From: Vicugna vicugna
Taxonomy: Eukaryota
DNA length: 64,000 nt
Assembly (NCBI GenBank): GCA_013265495.1
Contig: MU057947.1
Location: forward strand, 878,048 to 942,047
Direction: 5' to 3'
The notes beneath the pieces were generated by a model that worked only from the letters and a program-made list of their open reading frames with translations, did not search any database and was not told the origin of the DNA. Below, piece by piece: positions 51,621 to 64,000 of the stretch (its first letter is position 1; every line of letters begins with the position of its first letter). A program made the translations under genes and the position numbers.

Positions 51621-54600
51621 ATTTGAACTATAATTTTGAAATGTGTTAAAAGCAAATGTGGAAATAAATGTTTTCCAAAAGAAGGCAAAACATTTTGAGT
51701 GATGTTAGTATCTCTTGGATAAGTTACGTTTACCATGCTTTTGAATTTTCCAAGAGTTTTGTAATTTGCTCAAAAGTTTGGAAACCATTATAAATTTACT
51801 TTGTGAAATGATAAAAGGTATGTTCTGGTATTCTTGTCCCTACACAAAAAGCAAATAATGGCAGATCAGGATTAAAGAACAAACTGGAAGTTTATCTAAT
51901 GGAAGTGCACACACACAGATGCCAGCCTGTTTCCTCAGGGTGTGAGGAAGTGTCTTGTTCCTCCTCTCCAGACAGGAAAGCAAAGATGAAGCACTGGAAG
52001 GGGATAATCACATTTCATTCTCGTCACGGGTGTGTCAACACCCAGCTTCGCGAAGCCCGTGCAGGTTTTGCGAATTAGCTAATCTGTTTCAGGACCTGTG
52101 GTGCCGACAAATGAACCTGGCAGGGAGAGGTGGTTCCTGAGCGAGGTCCCCGGGCGGCTCTCCCAGGTAATCCCAGCAGGATGGCGGTCCCCACTCCTGC
52201 CTGTCATATCACATCACCTCCCGGCAGACAGAGAGCTGCCCCACACCTACCGAGACACTCTACAGACGGCCCTTCCCAACAAAAGGGCCCAGTTAGTGTC
52301 AGAGCCGTCAAAACGATGGCCTGCTTTTCCCACGGTGGAAACCCCTGCCACCTCTTAAAATGACGTTTTCCTACAATGACGCAGGAGAATGTTCACAAAA
52401 GAACCTTCAGTTGGGAATCAGAGACGCCCACACCGGGAGGCAGCCCGCCGGCGGCCAAGTGTGGTGGTGTGGGGTGACTGTTTTCCACATTCTTCTACAA
52501 TGAACAAGTATTTTTATAATCATAAAAAAAGCCAATTAAACAAAAATGTTTTACTGAAATGTCATTTCCCTATATATTTCAGGCTGCAGGGCCCAGAAGG
52601 AGGCAGGCTGGGGGTGGGGGTAGGGACGATTCTGGAGCAGGAGGTGAGGCTGCCGGCCAGGAGGGGCTTGGCTGGAGGACGCGCCCCCAGGCTCTGCTGC
52701 GCAGTCTCTGCTGGGTCGGAGGGCCGGCGAGCTGGGCTCCGGGTGTAGAGACGGTTCTGGACGCCTAGCTCTCGGCGCGCCCTACTGATGGCCTGTCCTC
52801 AGCTGACTGAGAACACGGAGCCCACACCTCCCAGGGGCCCCGGGGCGAGCAGTCCCACGCTGCGTTTTCTCCTTACGATCTAAGGGCTGGAGGAATTCGG
52901 ATAAAACTGCTGGTTCTCACGCGTGGCCGGCGTCACCGCACCCGTCCGGGCATGTTCACGTTAGACGCGTGTCCTGCTCTTGCAGAGAACGCCCGCTCTG
53001 GCTGCAGTGGGCCCGAGTGACAGGGTAGGGGACAGGCCCTGAGCAGCGGCTGGGCCCTTGTGGCACATCCCGGGATTCACGCTAGCCAGTCCGCAGGTCA
53101 TCAGACCCCCTCGCGGGCTGGAACGAGGCTGAGACGCTGGTGACGTGGGGAGAGGAGGCCCGACCCATGTCTGCCAGGCCCAAACGCAAGAGGTAACGTG
53201 TTCCCCACCTGGTAGGGCGGATCCCAGGGTCTCTTCCTCCCCAGAAAAGCTTTCGATTCATATGAGCAGCTCGGGGTTTGTGCTGCTTCAACTACCAAAC
53301 CCTCAGCTCGAGTATGTGGACATCTTCTCCCCATGAATTGGGGCTGGGGGGGAGCTTACATACAAAAACTAAATGTTTGAGTCTAAGAATTTTCATGTTT
53401 TCCATAAAAGATAAGATGTCTACCTCACTCTGAAAAGAGAGGAGCAAACGAAAGCTCTTTAAAAATTGTATTTAAGGCCACAGATCTCACTTTCTCTCTC
53501 TCGGCCTCAGCTGGCACTTGCTCAAGTCGCAGCTCTGCGATCTTACTTTGGGTTAAATGTCTCATGACCTCCAGAGATGCTGGGGGCAGAAAAGCCAGCT
53601 TTCCGCCCCGCCACCTGGCAGCGTGTCCTGTGACACTGGATAGCCCATGTCACAAATGGTGTGGCACTAGTTCCCCTTCAGCACCCTCTCTTCTTCTGTC
53701 CTGTCTTCCCAGTGCGACGTGCCCTCCACCACACACCGTGATGGCTTATGGATGGGCTCCTCAGGACGTGGGCGCTGTGGGACGGCCACTGGCATAGGAC
53801 ACAGCCATGAGGACAAGACAAGGGAAACGGAGAGCACAGGGCTCCGTCCGTCCCGGCTCTAGGAGGAAGGACCCCGGAGCAGGTCTAGACCCAGCGGTCT
53901 CGCCAGGACCCACCTCCGAGGTGACGGGGCACCTCAGGGAGCCTGCAGACCCAGGGAAACAGCGCCGGTCTCCACAGGCAGACGATACACTGGAAACCCG
54001 AGAGAAAACGAGAATCTCCATTTTATTGTCAAAGGGGTTCCGCGCCTGGTAACTTCCGTCGGGGAATCACAGAGAGCAGACGGGCAGTAGCATTTACTAA
54101 ATTCAGCTTAAGGTTACAGGACATTTTCAATATAAAAATAAGATTTTTAATTAAAAAGAGTCCACAAGCAGCCCTGGCCGTGTCCACAAGACTGAGAAGT
54201 TTAAAGTGGGGCTGCATCTGGATGGGGCCCCCTAAGCCACGGGGTTCTCAAACCTCACAGGAAGTCTGACACTGAATTTTTTTTTAACTTTTAAATAAAG
54301 CAGCCGATCTCCTCGAGTAAGATGCACATGAGCAGAGGCTCGGTAAGTGATGGCGTTGAGAGGCTCCTCTGCAGTGTGGGGTACCCCGGCCCTGGCGCGG
54401 AGGATGGGGGGTCACCTGCTGTGGAGCAGGGGGGCACCCAGCCCCGTCCGGGACAGGTTCACACTCGCTGGCGCATGAGGGTTCCAGACCACCGTCGGAA
54501 TCGTCCCTCCTCACCTTGCATCTTCTACCGATCCCCGGTGTGGTTAAAATGTCCCTGCAATAAACAGCACACCGGGGAATAAATTTACCTTGGCTGTACG

Positions 54601-55707
54601 TTCACCAACACAAAACACAGCATTTAAAACGACTGAGCTAACCCTTATTTCTGAGGTAAGCACGTGTTTACAGAATATATATAAAATGTTACAATTAAGA
54701 TACTCAAACCACTTCCTACACCTGGTGCATAGAATGTTCCCAATAAATGCTACTTCTCTTCTCTCCCACAGTTCTATGAGGGGGAGAAGAGGGGATGAAA
54801 GCATCACTTGCATACTCAGAAACAGAATTTTTTTAAATGATGTTGTCTAAATACAGAATGGATGTAACACAAAAGCACTGCCGGGGGGCCCTCGCAGGGG
54901 TCTGGGGTCTGGAAGAAACCTAGGTTCGGAAGGACCCCCCAGGGCCCTCTGCCCGCCCTGTCTCAGGGCGCAGACCTCATGTCTCCCCAGCCTCACCTGC
55001 AGAAGGGGCTGGGAGAACCAGGCGGCCGGGGCGGACCCACGGCCAGACACTGCACCACCATGAGTGAGAGGTCTTGTCCAGCGTCCAGAAATCTTGACCA
55101 CACTTGGCCTCTGTCCTGGCAGAGAGCAGCATGGCTCGGTGCCCCCACCAAGCAAAGGCTGGCAGGGCACCCCTGCTCTTCGAGACCACCAAGGTGGCAA
55201 CAGGCGCCCTGGGCCAGCTGAGGCGAGGAGGGGAGCAGTGGGCCAGGAGGTGGGGGCACAAAGCGGTCTGGCCCACGATGGCATCCCTGCTTCCTGGAAG
55301 GTGGGTGCTGCCCTGAGTCATGGGGACCCAACAGGGGAGATCCAGGACTCCCCGTTTCACACAGAAAGATCGTCTGGGCGGTCAGAACGGGATGCTGTGG
55401 TGGCCACGGGTCGACCTGATGAGGGGCCTGGGAAGGCGTCACATGAGAGGTCTCTCAGCTGGACCATGAAGGCACAGCAGAATCTCACAAGGTTGGAGAC
55501 GGCATCCCAGGCAGTGAGAACAGCAGGTGAGAATGTTCCAGAACAAGAGAACTGTCTGTGATGACGAGCCAGGGCTCATGGCGCACACAGGCAGGGACCG
55601 TCTGAAGGTCTGGCCGCATGGGACTGAGACAGACTCCGAACACCATGATGCCCACAGCCTGAGTCCCGGGGCCAGACACTGTGCCACCATGAGTGGGAGG
55701 TCTTGTC

Positions 55708-56480
55708 ACCAGTTTCTCCCACCCACCACCTCTGGCAACCACCAATCTGTTCTCTGCATCTATGAGCTTGTTGTTTTGTTTTTTAAGATTCTACATGGAA
55801 GCAAGATCATACAATTTTGTCTTTTTCTGTCTGACTGATTTCACTTAGCACAATGCCCCAAAGTCCATTCATCTTGTGGCAAGTGGTAGGATTTCCTCCT
55901 TTTTGTGGCTGAGTAATATTCCATTGTGTGTGTACCAGTTTCTCTATCTGCTCATCCATCCTGTTTTTGCATGTTCATCTTAACGTTCAACAACTTTGCT
56001 GAACACTAGTTCTACTACTTTATCAGTAGATTTTCTTTGTAGATAATTAAAGCATCAGGAAACAACGATTTCATTTTTTTCCTTCCCAATTCTTAAAGCC
56101 ATTGCTTCTTTTTTCTTGTTTAACTGTCTGAGTTAGGAACTCTGGTAAGCAGAAGTGGTGACAATTAGCAAAGTTTCCTCTTCATCAAAGGAAACGCTTC
56201 CCCTGAGCACAGCGGACCTTCGTTCTTGCCAGGATAAACCCTTCTGCTTCTGGTTTGCGGACTCTATCATGAGTGGGACTTGGAGTAACTGAGCACTGTT
56301 TCTGTATCTGTCAAGACCATCTTTTTCCTCCCGTCTCCTTTGACCAAACGATGTAGTAGTTCTTCTAATGCCAGCCATTCATGTGTTCCTTCACACAGGA
56401 TTTCCCTTAACCTATAAAACCATGTGGGATGGTAGCTTTTGAGAACTTTCCCAAATGTTTCCATTGTGATTGGTCCATGT
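55708..56480 (-). mobile_element. Antisense L1 3'UTR (55708-55960) abutting an older L1M ORF2 fragment
   Basis: 'ctctggcaaccaccaatctgttctctgcatctatgag' and 'gtggctgagtaatattccattgtgtg'. Confidence 0.8.
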
Positions 56481-56769
56481 TCTCTCTTCTGAAGTCAATT
56501 TTGGTACGTGAATTCCTATGGAGGAAGGAAAGTCCCACTGCACTGGCCATCCCAGCTCCAAGCCTCGTACAGCCAGCCTGCGTGTTCACACAGGACGGTC
56601 CCCTTAGCGTTTCAGACAGGATATGCCAAGGTCTGTGGTATCTACTGTTCCTGAAGGAGGTCTGCTGTCAGTCAAACCACTGCTCCTTCCTCGGTACCGG
56701 TCCTTCCCTCTGGCAGTTGTCCAGAATTGTTTTACGTCATGTGGTTTCACCAAGATGGACGTGCAGATA

Positions 56770-58150
56770 CATCACGTCCAAGACTCATTGTGACTTTTCA
56801 GGAATACAAAAAACTACAGACAGCAATATAACTAACACTCGTGAACCATCACATAGCTTCAGAGATTAAACAAAACAGATATAATTGAAACACCTGCTGT
56901 AACCTGAGCCCTCACTCCCTAAGTAGAAATAACCTCCTTGTGATGAACTTAATGTCTCTCTCAGAAATGTTTCTATTGTTTTAGTTAATATGTATTTTTT
57001 AAACTTTTTTCTTATTTTATTGTTTTTATTTTGGGGGGGGATTAGGTTTATTATTTACTTTTTTAATGGAGGTACTGGGGATTGAACCCAGGACCTCATG
57101 CATGGTAGGTATGCATCCTACCACTGAGCTATACCCTCCCCCCATAGTTAATATGTATTGATTTTCACATGTTGAAAATGATATCTAAATGTTGTCATTC
57201 CATACATATCTTTCTGTAATTTCCTTTTTGAAGCTCCTCCATTTTCACTACTGTGTATATTTCGCTGAATAAATACACACTGCGTCCTTTATCCACTCTC
57301 CTACTGATGGACATGCATGTTGTTTCTGGCTTTCTGCTAAGCAAACAGTGCTACAATCACTGTGCACACATTTCCTTGGGCATCTGTGAGGGCACAGACC
57401 TAGGACCGAAACGTCCAGGTCACAGGGATACCCACCATCACCTGTACTGGCCACTGCTCTACAAGTCAACATGCTAAGCTACACGCCTCCCAGGAGGTGG
57501 GTGATCGGCCAGCGCCACACCCCCACTTACAGCATCACAGTTCTACTTCTGCTAATTTGATGCTTTCCCTTGCAAGCCCTTGATTACTGGTGAGGCTGAA
57601 CGTCCAGTGACACCTGCGGGGCCGCCTCCTCTCCGAGTGCCAGTGCACACACTGCCCCCGTTTACCTGCTGCCGCGTCGTGTTGCTGTGTGTCGTCCCTG
57701 CTTTACCTTCTCAGCCGGTGACGGGGGAATCCTGATACGCAGCTTGTCTTACACGTGGTGGAATGTGTCAGTCCTTTCCCTTGGGCTTACTGGTTTTATC
57801 AGTCTTCCCAACGTCACAAACATATTCTCCTGTATTTTCTAGTGTAAGGTGTTCAAGTTTTGTTGTTGCTGTTGCTTTGTTTTTCTCATTTAGGTTCTTA
57901 ACCTCCCCCACTTCCCAGAACTGACTTCTACGTGAGATAGACCTAATTTTACTTTTCCTCTTACATGGAGAGCCGGCTGTCCCAGCACAACTTAGAGAGC
58001 ACCCCGTCATTCCCGATGGACTTGGGTCACATCCTCTAATATGTCCAGCTGCCACACATGCACGTCGAAAGCCCTCGACTTCATCCCTTGGTCTGCCTGT
58101 CTGTCCCAAGGCCAACAACGCTGTCGTAACCAGCACAGCTTTGTAACACC
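56770..58150 (-). mobile_element. Ancient L1ME, antisense
   Basis: 'tttatccactctcctactgatggacatg' and 'gctgtcccagcacaactta'. Confidence 0.65.
56997..57143 (-). mobile_element. vic-1-like SINE
   Basis: Reverse complement of the SINE; perfect 15-bp TSD tagttaatatgtatt (56982-56996 / 57145-57159). Confidence 0.95.
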
Positions 58151-58848
58151 CCTGGACCCCTGACACGTGGCCCCCTCACCTCGCTCTTCTGCCTCAAAGC
58201 TGTCTGGCGACACGAGCCTTCCCTCCGCCCTGGGCAAGCCCAGCCGCCGTGCTCTGCACTTTCATTTCCTCTCCTGCTCTCGATTCCTCCCTTCTGGATT
58301 TCCGGACCGGCCGTCTCATTCCTTCCTCTGCTAGCCAGACTTGCATAGTTCTCATCGCTCCACCTCTTGCTGTGGTTTGAAGGATTTCCCGAGATAAATC
58401 TCCTAGTTCACTAACTCTGTCTTGGTGTCTAACCTGACAACTTTTTCTCACTTTAATGACCATATCATTCATTCACTTTTAAAAGATTTTTTTTTTAACC
58501 TCCCAATTCCTTTTTCATATTCTTTTTCATTATGGCTTTCTTCCTTTTTTAATCATTAAAATTTTAAAAAACACCTTTATAGTGAACTTTAGGCTCTTTT
58601 ATTAATTCGATTTTTACAGGTTTGTGTTCTCCTGCTTGTAATGGTTCCTGATGCCCCACCCCGGCCCTGGCTCCCCCGTGCTGGGTCTGTTTACGGAGCG
58701 TACATCTTCCTGCCAGGACCTCCTCTGTGGTGCCAGCTCATCTGTCCCTGGGGCCTGCATGCTCTGGGTGGGGAAGAGTGCCTCCAGGATGATCCCGCAT
58801 CGGCCACTATCCAACAGCTTCAGACTTAAACAGTCTGTGTCTATTTTT

Positions 58849-58978
58849 GTTTGCTTGTTTGTTTTGGGGGGGAGGTAATTAGGTTGATGTGTTTATTTTA
58901 ATGGAGGTGCTGGGGATTGAACCCAGGACCTCATGCATGGGGGGCACGCACTCCACCACTGAGCTGTGCACACCTCCG
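58849..58978 (-). mobile_element. vic-1-like SINE
   Basis: 'ggtaattaggtt...ggggattgaacccaggacctcatgcatg...ccactgagct'; TSD gtctgtgtctattttt / gtctgtacctattttt. Confidence 0.9.
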
Positions 58979-61900
58979 ACGTCTGTACCTATTTTTATGT
59001 TAATACTTCAACTTTTGGATCTTGCACCATTGAGACAGAATAAACATGGAGCCCACACCCATGTATGGCCTGGTATTTTAATTTCTAATCCCCTTTGAAG
59101 GGACAGGCAGATCTTCAAAGCAGAGAACTTCATGCAGGGGTCCAAATTCTGGCTCCCACACCTCCACTGGCCAAAGGCACACCTATCTCTGGACATCAGA
59201 ATTCTAAACCCCAACCGTTCTAGGACCAAACCCAACACTAGCTAGACCTCCTGACAGCCACAGTGGCGGGTCTGCCTCTGGGCTGCTGCTTCCTTCACTG
59301 ACACGATCAACTATCAGTGTTCTTATCTGTAGTAGGAGGGGGCACACTTGCATTTGCTTAGACAACATGCTTGCGGGAAATCTAAATAGCATTTTTCTTA
59401 AAATGCTAACTTGTCTGTGAAAATTCATTTCACATCTCTTCACAGTATAGCATTTTATCCCTAGAGAAAGACGTTCTAGTTTTGTTCTTCTGGTCACCTG
59501 AAGGCTCTCTGTTTCTTCACAGCCTGGAAATCATCTCAACACACAGTTGAAAAATTTTTAAATTACTTTTCTAGTATCCATAGTTCAGAAAAAACATTTG
59601 CTGTTAGAAGCTATACCCAAAGATTCTATCAGCAGGCCCGTTCAGACTCATGTTTCGGAATTCCCATCTGGTTGGGCTGCCACAGCCACCTCCTCTCCTG
59701 GCCAGCTCCTTCCTCCATGGCCTGAAAAATCCAGCCCTGTGTCTCAGCAAGAAGCCCTTGCTGCGTCCAGGACCCACGGTCTCACTGCTGCACGTCCCAG
59801 AGGCTGGAAGAGCGGCTGCTGTGCGCAGTTCGGGGAGGGATGCTGGCACACCAGCCGCGGCACAGGCCAGCCTGGAGGGCAGGAAGGACAGGGCTGTGGC
59901 CTGAGCTCTGCAGCCCAGCCTCCCTGTCCACCACGGCGTGTGGCAGGCCCGTCACCTAACCGTCGTGGACCTTATGTCCCTCATCTGTAAACGGACAGGG
60001 TAAGACCGATGACTGGGACCCCTGGCAAACCTGGGGGGAAATGCACAGAGTACAGTGTGATTCCTTCGGAATGATCCATGAGATTCACGCTGATCCCCTA
60101 TGACTGCGTTTCTCTCTCTTGGGATATAAGAATAAAAGGCTGACAAGAAGTAGCTGTTGCTGAGACAGGACACGAAGTGCGAACCACTGTGCCTCGGTCC
60201 TTCTCAGTCCACGTCACACTGCTTGCTCCTGGCCTGACACCTGGGCCACCACGTCCAGCACAGGCAGCACCCGTGTCCCCGCGGGCACAGGAGAGCGGGA
60301 GGACCTCGTTTACACCGGTTTCTGGGTCCGGTCCTGCTTCAGGGCAGTACTTACAGATGCTACAGGGGTAGGAAGCAGTTACTAATGACAGGTAAATAAA
60401 ATGCAGCAATTGTTTTAAAGGTCGCCCATTTGGAGACAAAAAGAAGTACAAGGGGAAAAATGCATCCATTTAGAATCAGAATAATCACACCTGGGCTCCT
60501 CCTGCTGTCCCGACAGGAAAAACTAAACCCAGACAACAGGATGGGCCAAACGCCCCTCACTGCCCCCAGCTGTGCCCCTGCACTGCCGCCTCCTCCCCCC
60601 ACACACGCTGTCAGGCAGGGCATCTCACTGTCAGAAAGTGAGGAGCAGAGAAACTTACTAACACTCTGTATCTGCCCTCAGCGCTAATAACAGGCTGTTA
60701 CGCAAGATCAGCTTGCTGGGGGCGGGGGCGGGTAGCCCTCAACACCCAAAACAATGCTTTGCACGTTGGCTTTTATGTGGCGATTCACTACCAGCTTGGG
60801 TAATAAACCCCAGTAACACCACGTGAACAAACGCAGAGGAGCACCGGTCAGGGGCAACACAGAGGGCCTGACTGTCTTTTTCAAGTTCACGCCCAGGCGC
60901 TCAACTCCACCGCGCCGCCCGGCGGGCCGGCTCTGCGCGCTGCAGGGTGCGGTGCTCGCTGGGCCAGGAGCCCGCGGCTGCAGTGGGCCCGCAAGGACCC
61001 AGCGCCTGTGTTTCAGACAGCAATCTCTGTTTCCAGGTGGTTTTGTCCACTCCTTAGAGGAATGGCCCAGGTAGGTTCAGTCCAAAAAGAGAAACCAAAC
61101 CACCACCCACCCGAAAGAAAAAAAAAAAAAAAGAGAGAGAAATCAATCCAGGTGTTTCAAACAGAGGCAGCTCAGCACAGGATTCAACTGCACAAATGAT
61201 GCAAGAGAAGAGACGCCACACAGGGGAGGGGGGCAGACATCCCCCAGGAGGGCCCCTCTCTTGGGCGAGAGCAGGTGCCTCCCGGCAGGAGTTGGGACCA
61301 AGGCGGACAACTCTGCAGGAGCGAGGACCTGGAGAGAGGTGCTGAGAGGCTGCTTGCGGTGGGGGAGGGGGCGGAATCACACCCCCTGCCTCCTGACTCC
61401 ACTCCAGTGTCCACGGTCAGAAACCAGACTTTAGGACACTGAGCAGGGGAGACCAGGGTAGGGCATGGAGCTGAGAGAAAACAGACAACTGACTTTAGCG
61501 CTGAGCCAATAAAATCTGAGGGTGGCCCCTCAGCCGAGGACCTACAGAGCATCAGAGGCCAGGTGAACTCGGAAACCGGGGTGCTAAGGACACGTGAATC
61601 CCGCAAATCTGTTCTGCCTGTAGTTTTCTGCCTGGGCATGCCCACCTGCCTTTTGTGCATCTTTCTCTGGTTACTGTGGAGACAGCCTCGCTAGATTGCT
61701 AGGTTTCATTAAACGGGTACAATTTGCAAAGAAAAGCATGACTTGGCTGCCATGGACCCCTGAGCCAAGCGGGCTGAGCTGACCAGAGAAGCCGCCGGCT
61801 GCACGGCGTGGCCTGGCTTTGGGACAACTCATGGGAGGAAAGGAGTCCGGGAGACGGCGACCATCGGCACTGATCCCGGACTTTCAGCACTGGACAGAGA

Positions 61901-62814
61901 GCCGCTGCCCTGGGGTCGGGGGCGGACACCCTGAATACCCGGTCCCACCACGCCAACAGGGGATGGCTTCATTCCAGCTGTCAGTAATGTGAGCAGGTGA
62001 CTGAGGGTTAAGAGGAGCTGTTTCTAAATAACACCTTGTACTAGGAGTTGAACCTTCACAGGGATCACTGAGAAAAAGTCAGCAAACAATGAAGCAGTCA
62101 TCATTGCAACAGTCAGATCCAACCAGCGAGAAGGGAGCACACAGAGGAGACCCGCGTGCTGACCTGGGAAACGAGTTTGGGAAGGTCTAAGGAAAACGCG
62201 CTCACACACGTGAGCAATGACTCACAATAAAAATAAGGAAGAGCTTCGCAGCAGAAAGACACCAGCAACTCAGGAGCGAGCTGAGACCGCCACGTGAGAA
62301 TTCACAGCAGAACCGATCAGACAGATCCGGCAGATGCCCCGCTGAGGCCAGAAATACACCAGAGACCCGGGACACAGAGGAGGTTCTCAGAGAAAAGCAC
62401 CAAATAAGCTGAGAGGCACAGCACGCTGCCTGTTAGCAATCCCACACAGCTGCCCAGCAAAACCTTCGCTTCTCTCTGACCCAGGGTCGCCACCCGGGTC
62501 AGCTACTGGAACTGTGGGCCAGGACGGGGCAGGCGTGTGTGAACGGGGTGCACCTGTGAGTGGAGCTGTGTTTAATAAAGTCTTCTGACATGTGGACTTG
62601 CTGCCCATCAGTCACTCACGGTGAAGCACTTCTCCCTGGGATCGCGCGTTTCTAAAAATACCATTTGCTTTTTATTTAACCCTGAGCCCTTTGGTGTTCT
62701 AGAATGCAAAAATAGTGCCTTATTATTTCAAAAGCTTAAGAGAGAAACTAGCTGTATTATTATTAGAAGATATATGCAGCTACAGTCTGTTCAAATATCA
62801 AGAGGTGTGACTTT

Positions 62815-64000
62815 CCACATTCACATTTCAATCTTTATTTACATAAGACTTTTAGAAATAGTGGGTGTAAATATTAAATCACCCAAGCCTGGGTGAAATT
62901 TTGTTGAGAATAAGTCCAAACAAAGGGAAACTGATTTTTTAAAGTCAGTTTCTGAAATTTAGATGAAAAGAACATTATGCATTAACAAAAAAAATGATGT
63001 ATTTACACATCAATATAGGTTTCCTGCGTGCAGATTCATTTCCTACAAAACATACAGAGGCAAGCTTGGGGAATTACAAAGGAAGGAAAACCCTAATCGA
63101 ACAGGTGCGGTTGTTCAAACAGAATATTGGCTTAAATGATCCAATCAGTTGCTTGAGCCCCAAATTTTTTTCTTTAAGCCATTCATGCCAGAGCGCAGCC
63201 TCTCAGAGCATTAAGAACCCATATTACATCCCAAGTGTCTGCCCGGCAGGTGGGGGATCTGAAGACACGGTCCACGAAGAGTGACGAGGATAAGGCAGGC
63301 TCCTAGTCAGTCACCAGCACTGACACAGTTTACCCACGATGGGGTCACGCTTCTCAAGGTAAGCACTGCTTATCCAAGATCCAGGGAACGCTGGGCAACT
63401 ATACGAATCAACTGAGATACAGCAAGTTCACGCTGCGGGACCCTTGATTTCACCAGTGCTCAGGATCGCGCTGCAGGAGGCAACGTGACCTGTAGAAACC
63501 TTCCTGAAGACTGGGCACAAAAAGAAAAGCACATTTTCATGGGGTGGGTCTGCCAACAAGCTCTGCTTTCATATTTGTCTAAGGACTTCAGATGATCAGA
63601 GGTTCACACGAGGGATAACTGACAACAGTTCTAGGTCTTGGTTTAAAACAAAATCATGGCCTCTCACTGTAAAACAGCCACCTGCAATGTGTCAGGTGAA
63701 TCTCTAATTTACTGACTCAATCTTTTGCTTATCAAAAACAGCAATGTGCTTCTCAAAATCTTCAGGGGGCAATCCTAGAAACACAGTTGCACAAGCACGC
63801 ACGTGTGTGCACACGCACACACACACGCAGACACTCCTGGTTTCTACGTGGAAATTAAACACAACTCTATTTTATTGCACTATTAAGACTGCAAATTTAA
63901 AATTAACAAAAAAAATAACAGAGGTTTCAAAGACATAGTAACCTGTTCTCAGAACAAGTTCAAAATTAGTCACAAAGGCATCAAGAGACCACTGCATCAG
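62815..64000 (-). other. Probable 3'UTR end of an unidentified minus-strand gene with two poly(A) signals
   Basis: No recognisable interspersed repeats and U-rich on the minus strand. AATAAA at 63871-63876 is followed by GU-rich sequence; AATAAA at 62834-62839 is preceded by TGTA. Confidence 0.5.

Noticed and set aside
63334..63510. Minus-strand exon with a strong acceptor
   Set aside because: All three frames contain stops, and it lies inside the inferred 3'UTR.
1..64000. A novel multi-gene biological system
   Set aside because: No intact genes, operon-like structure or unexplained large repeat architecture; the content fits ordinary repeat-rich mammalian intergenic DNA.

Overview
Mammalian nuclear DNA, most likely camelid: it carries several copies of a tRNA-derived SINE ending in 'aaataaacctaattacc', which resembles the Camelidae vic-1 family. 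The window is GC-rich unique sequence interleaved with a large fraction of transposon remnants (nested L1s, MLT1/ERV LTRs, L2/MIR, hAT and Tigger MITEs), plus a 98-N assembly gap. It reads best as an intergenic interval between two convergent genes that I cannot name. One is a possible + strand terminal coding exon (1812-1870) with poly(A) signals near 2.7-2.9 kb; the other is a - strand 3'UTR-like end at about 62.8-64 kb. No complete gene, RNA gene, CRISPR array or novel multi-gene system is supported, and the ORF track is explained by L1 remnants and chance GC-rich frames. The best leads are small: a DR1-DR5-DR1 nuclear-receptor element made by an 18-bp duplication, a 111-bp palindrome with a pre-miRNA-sized core, an L1 carrying a foreign 3' end inside one target-site duplication (TSD), and a twin-primed inverted L1. 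Repeat names were assigned by eye from remembered consensus motifs. Boundaries are approximate unless a TSD is quoted.
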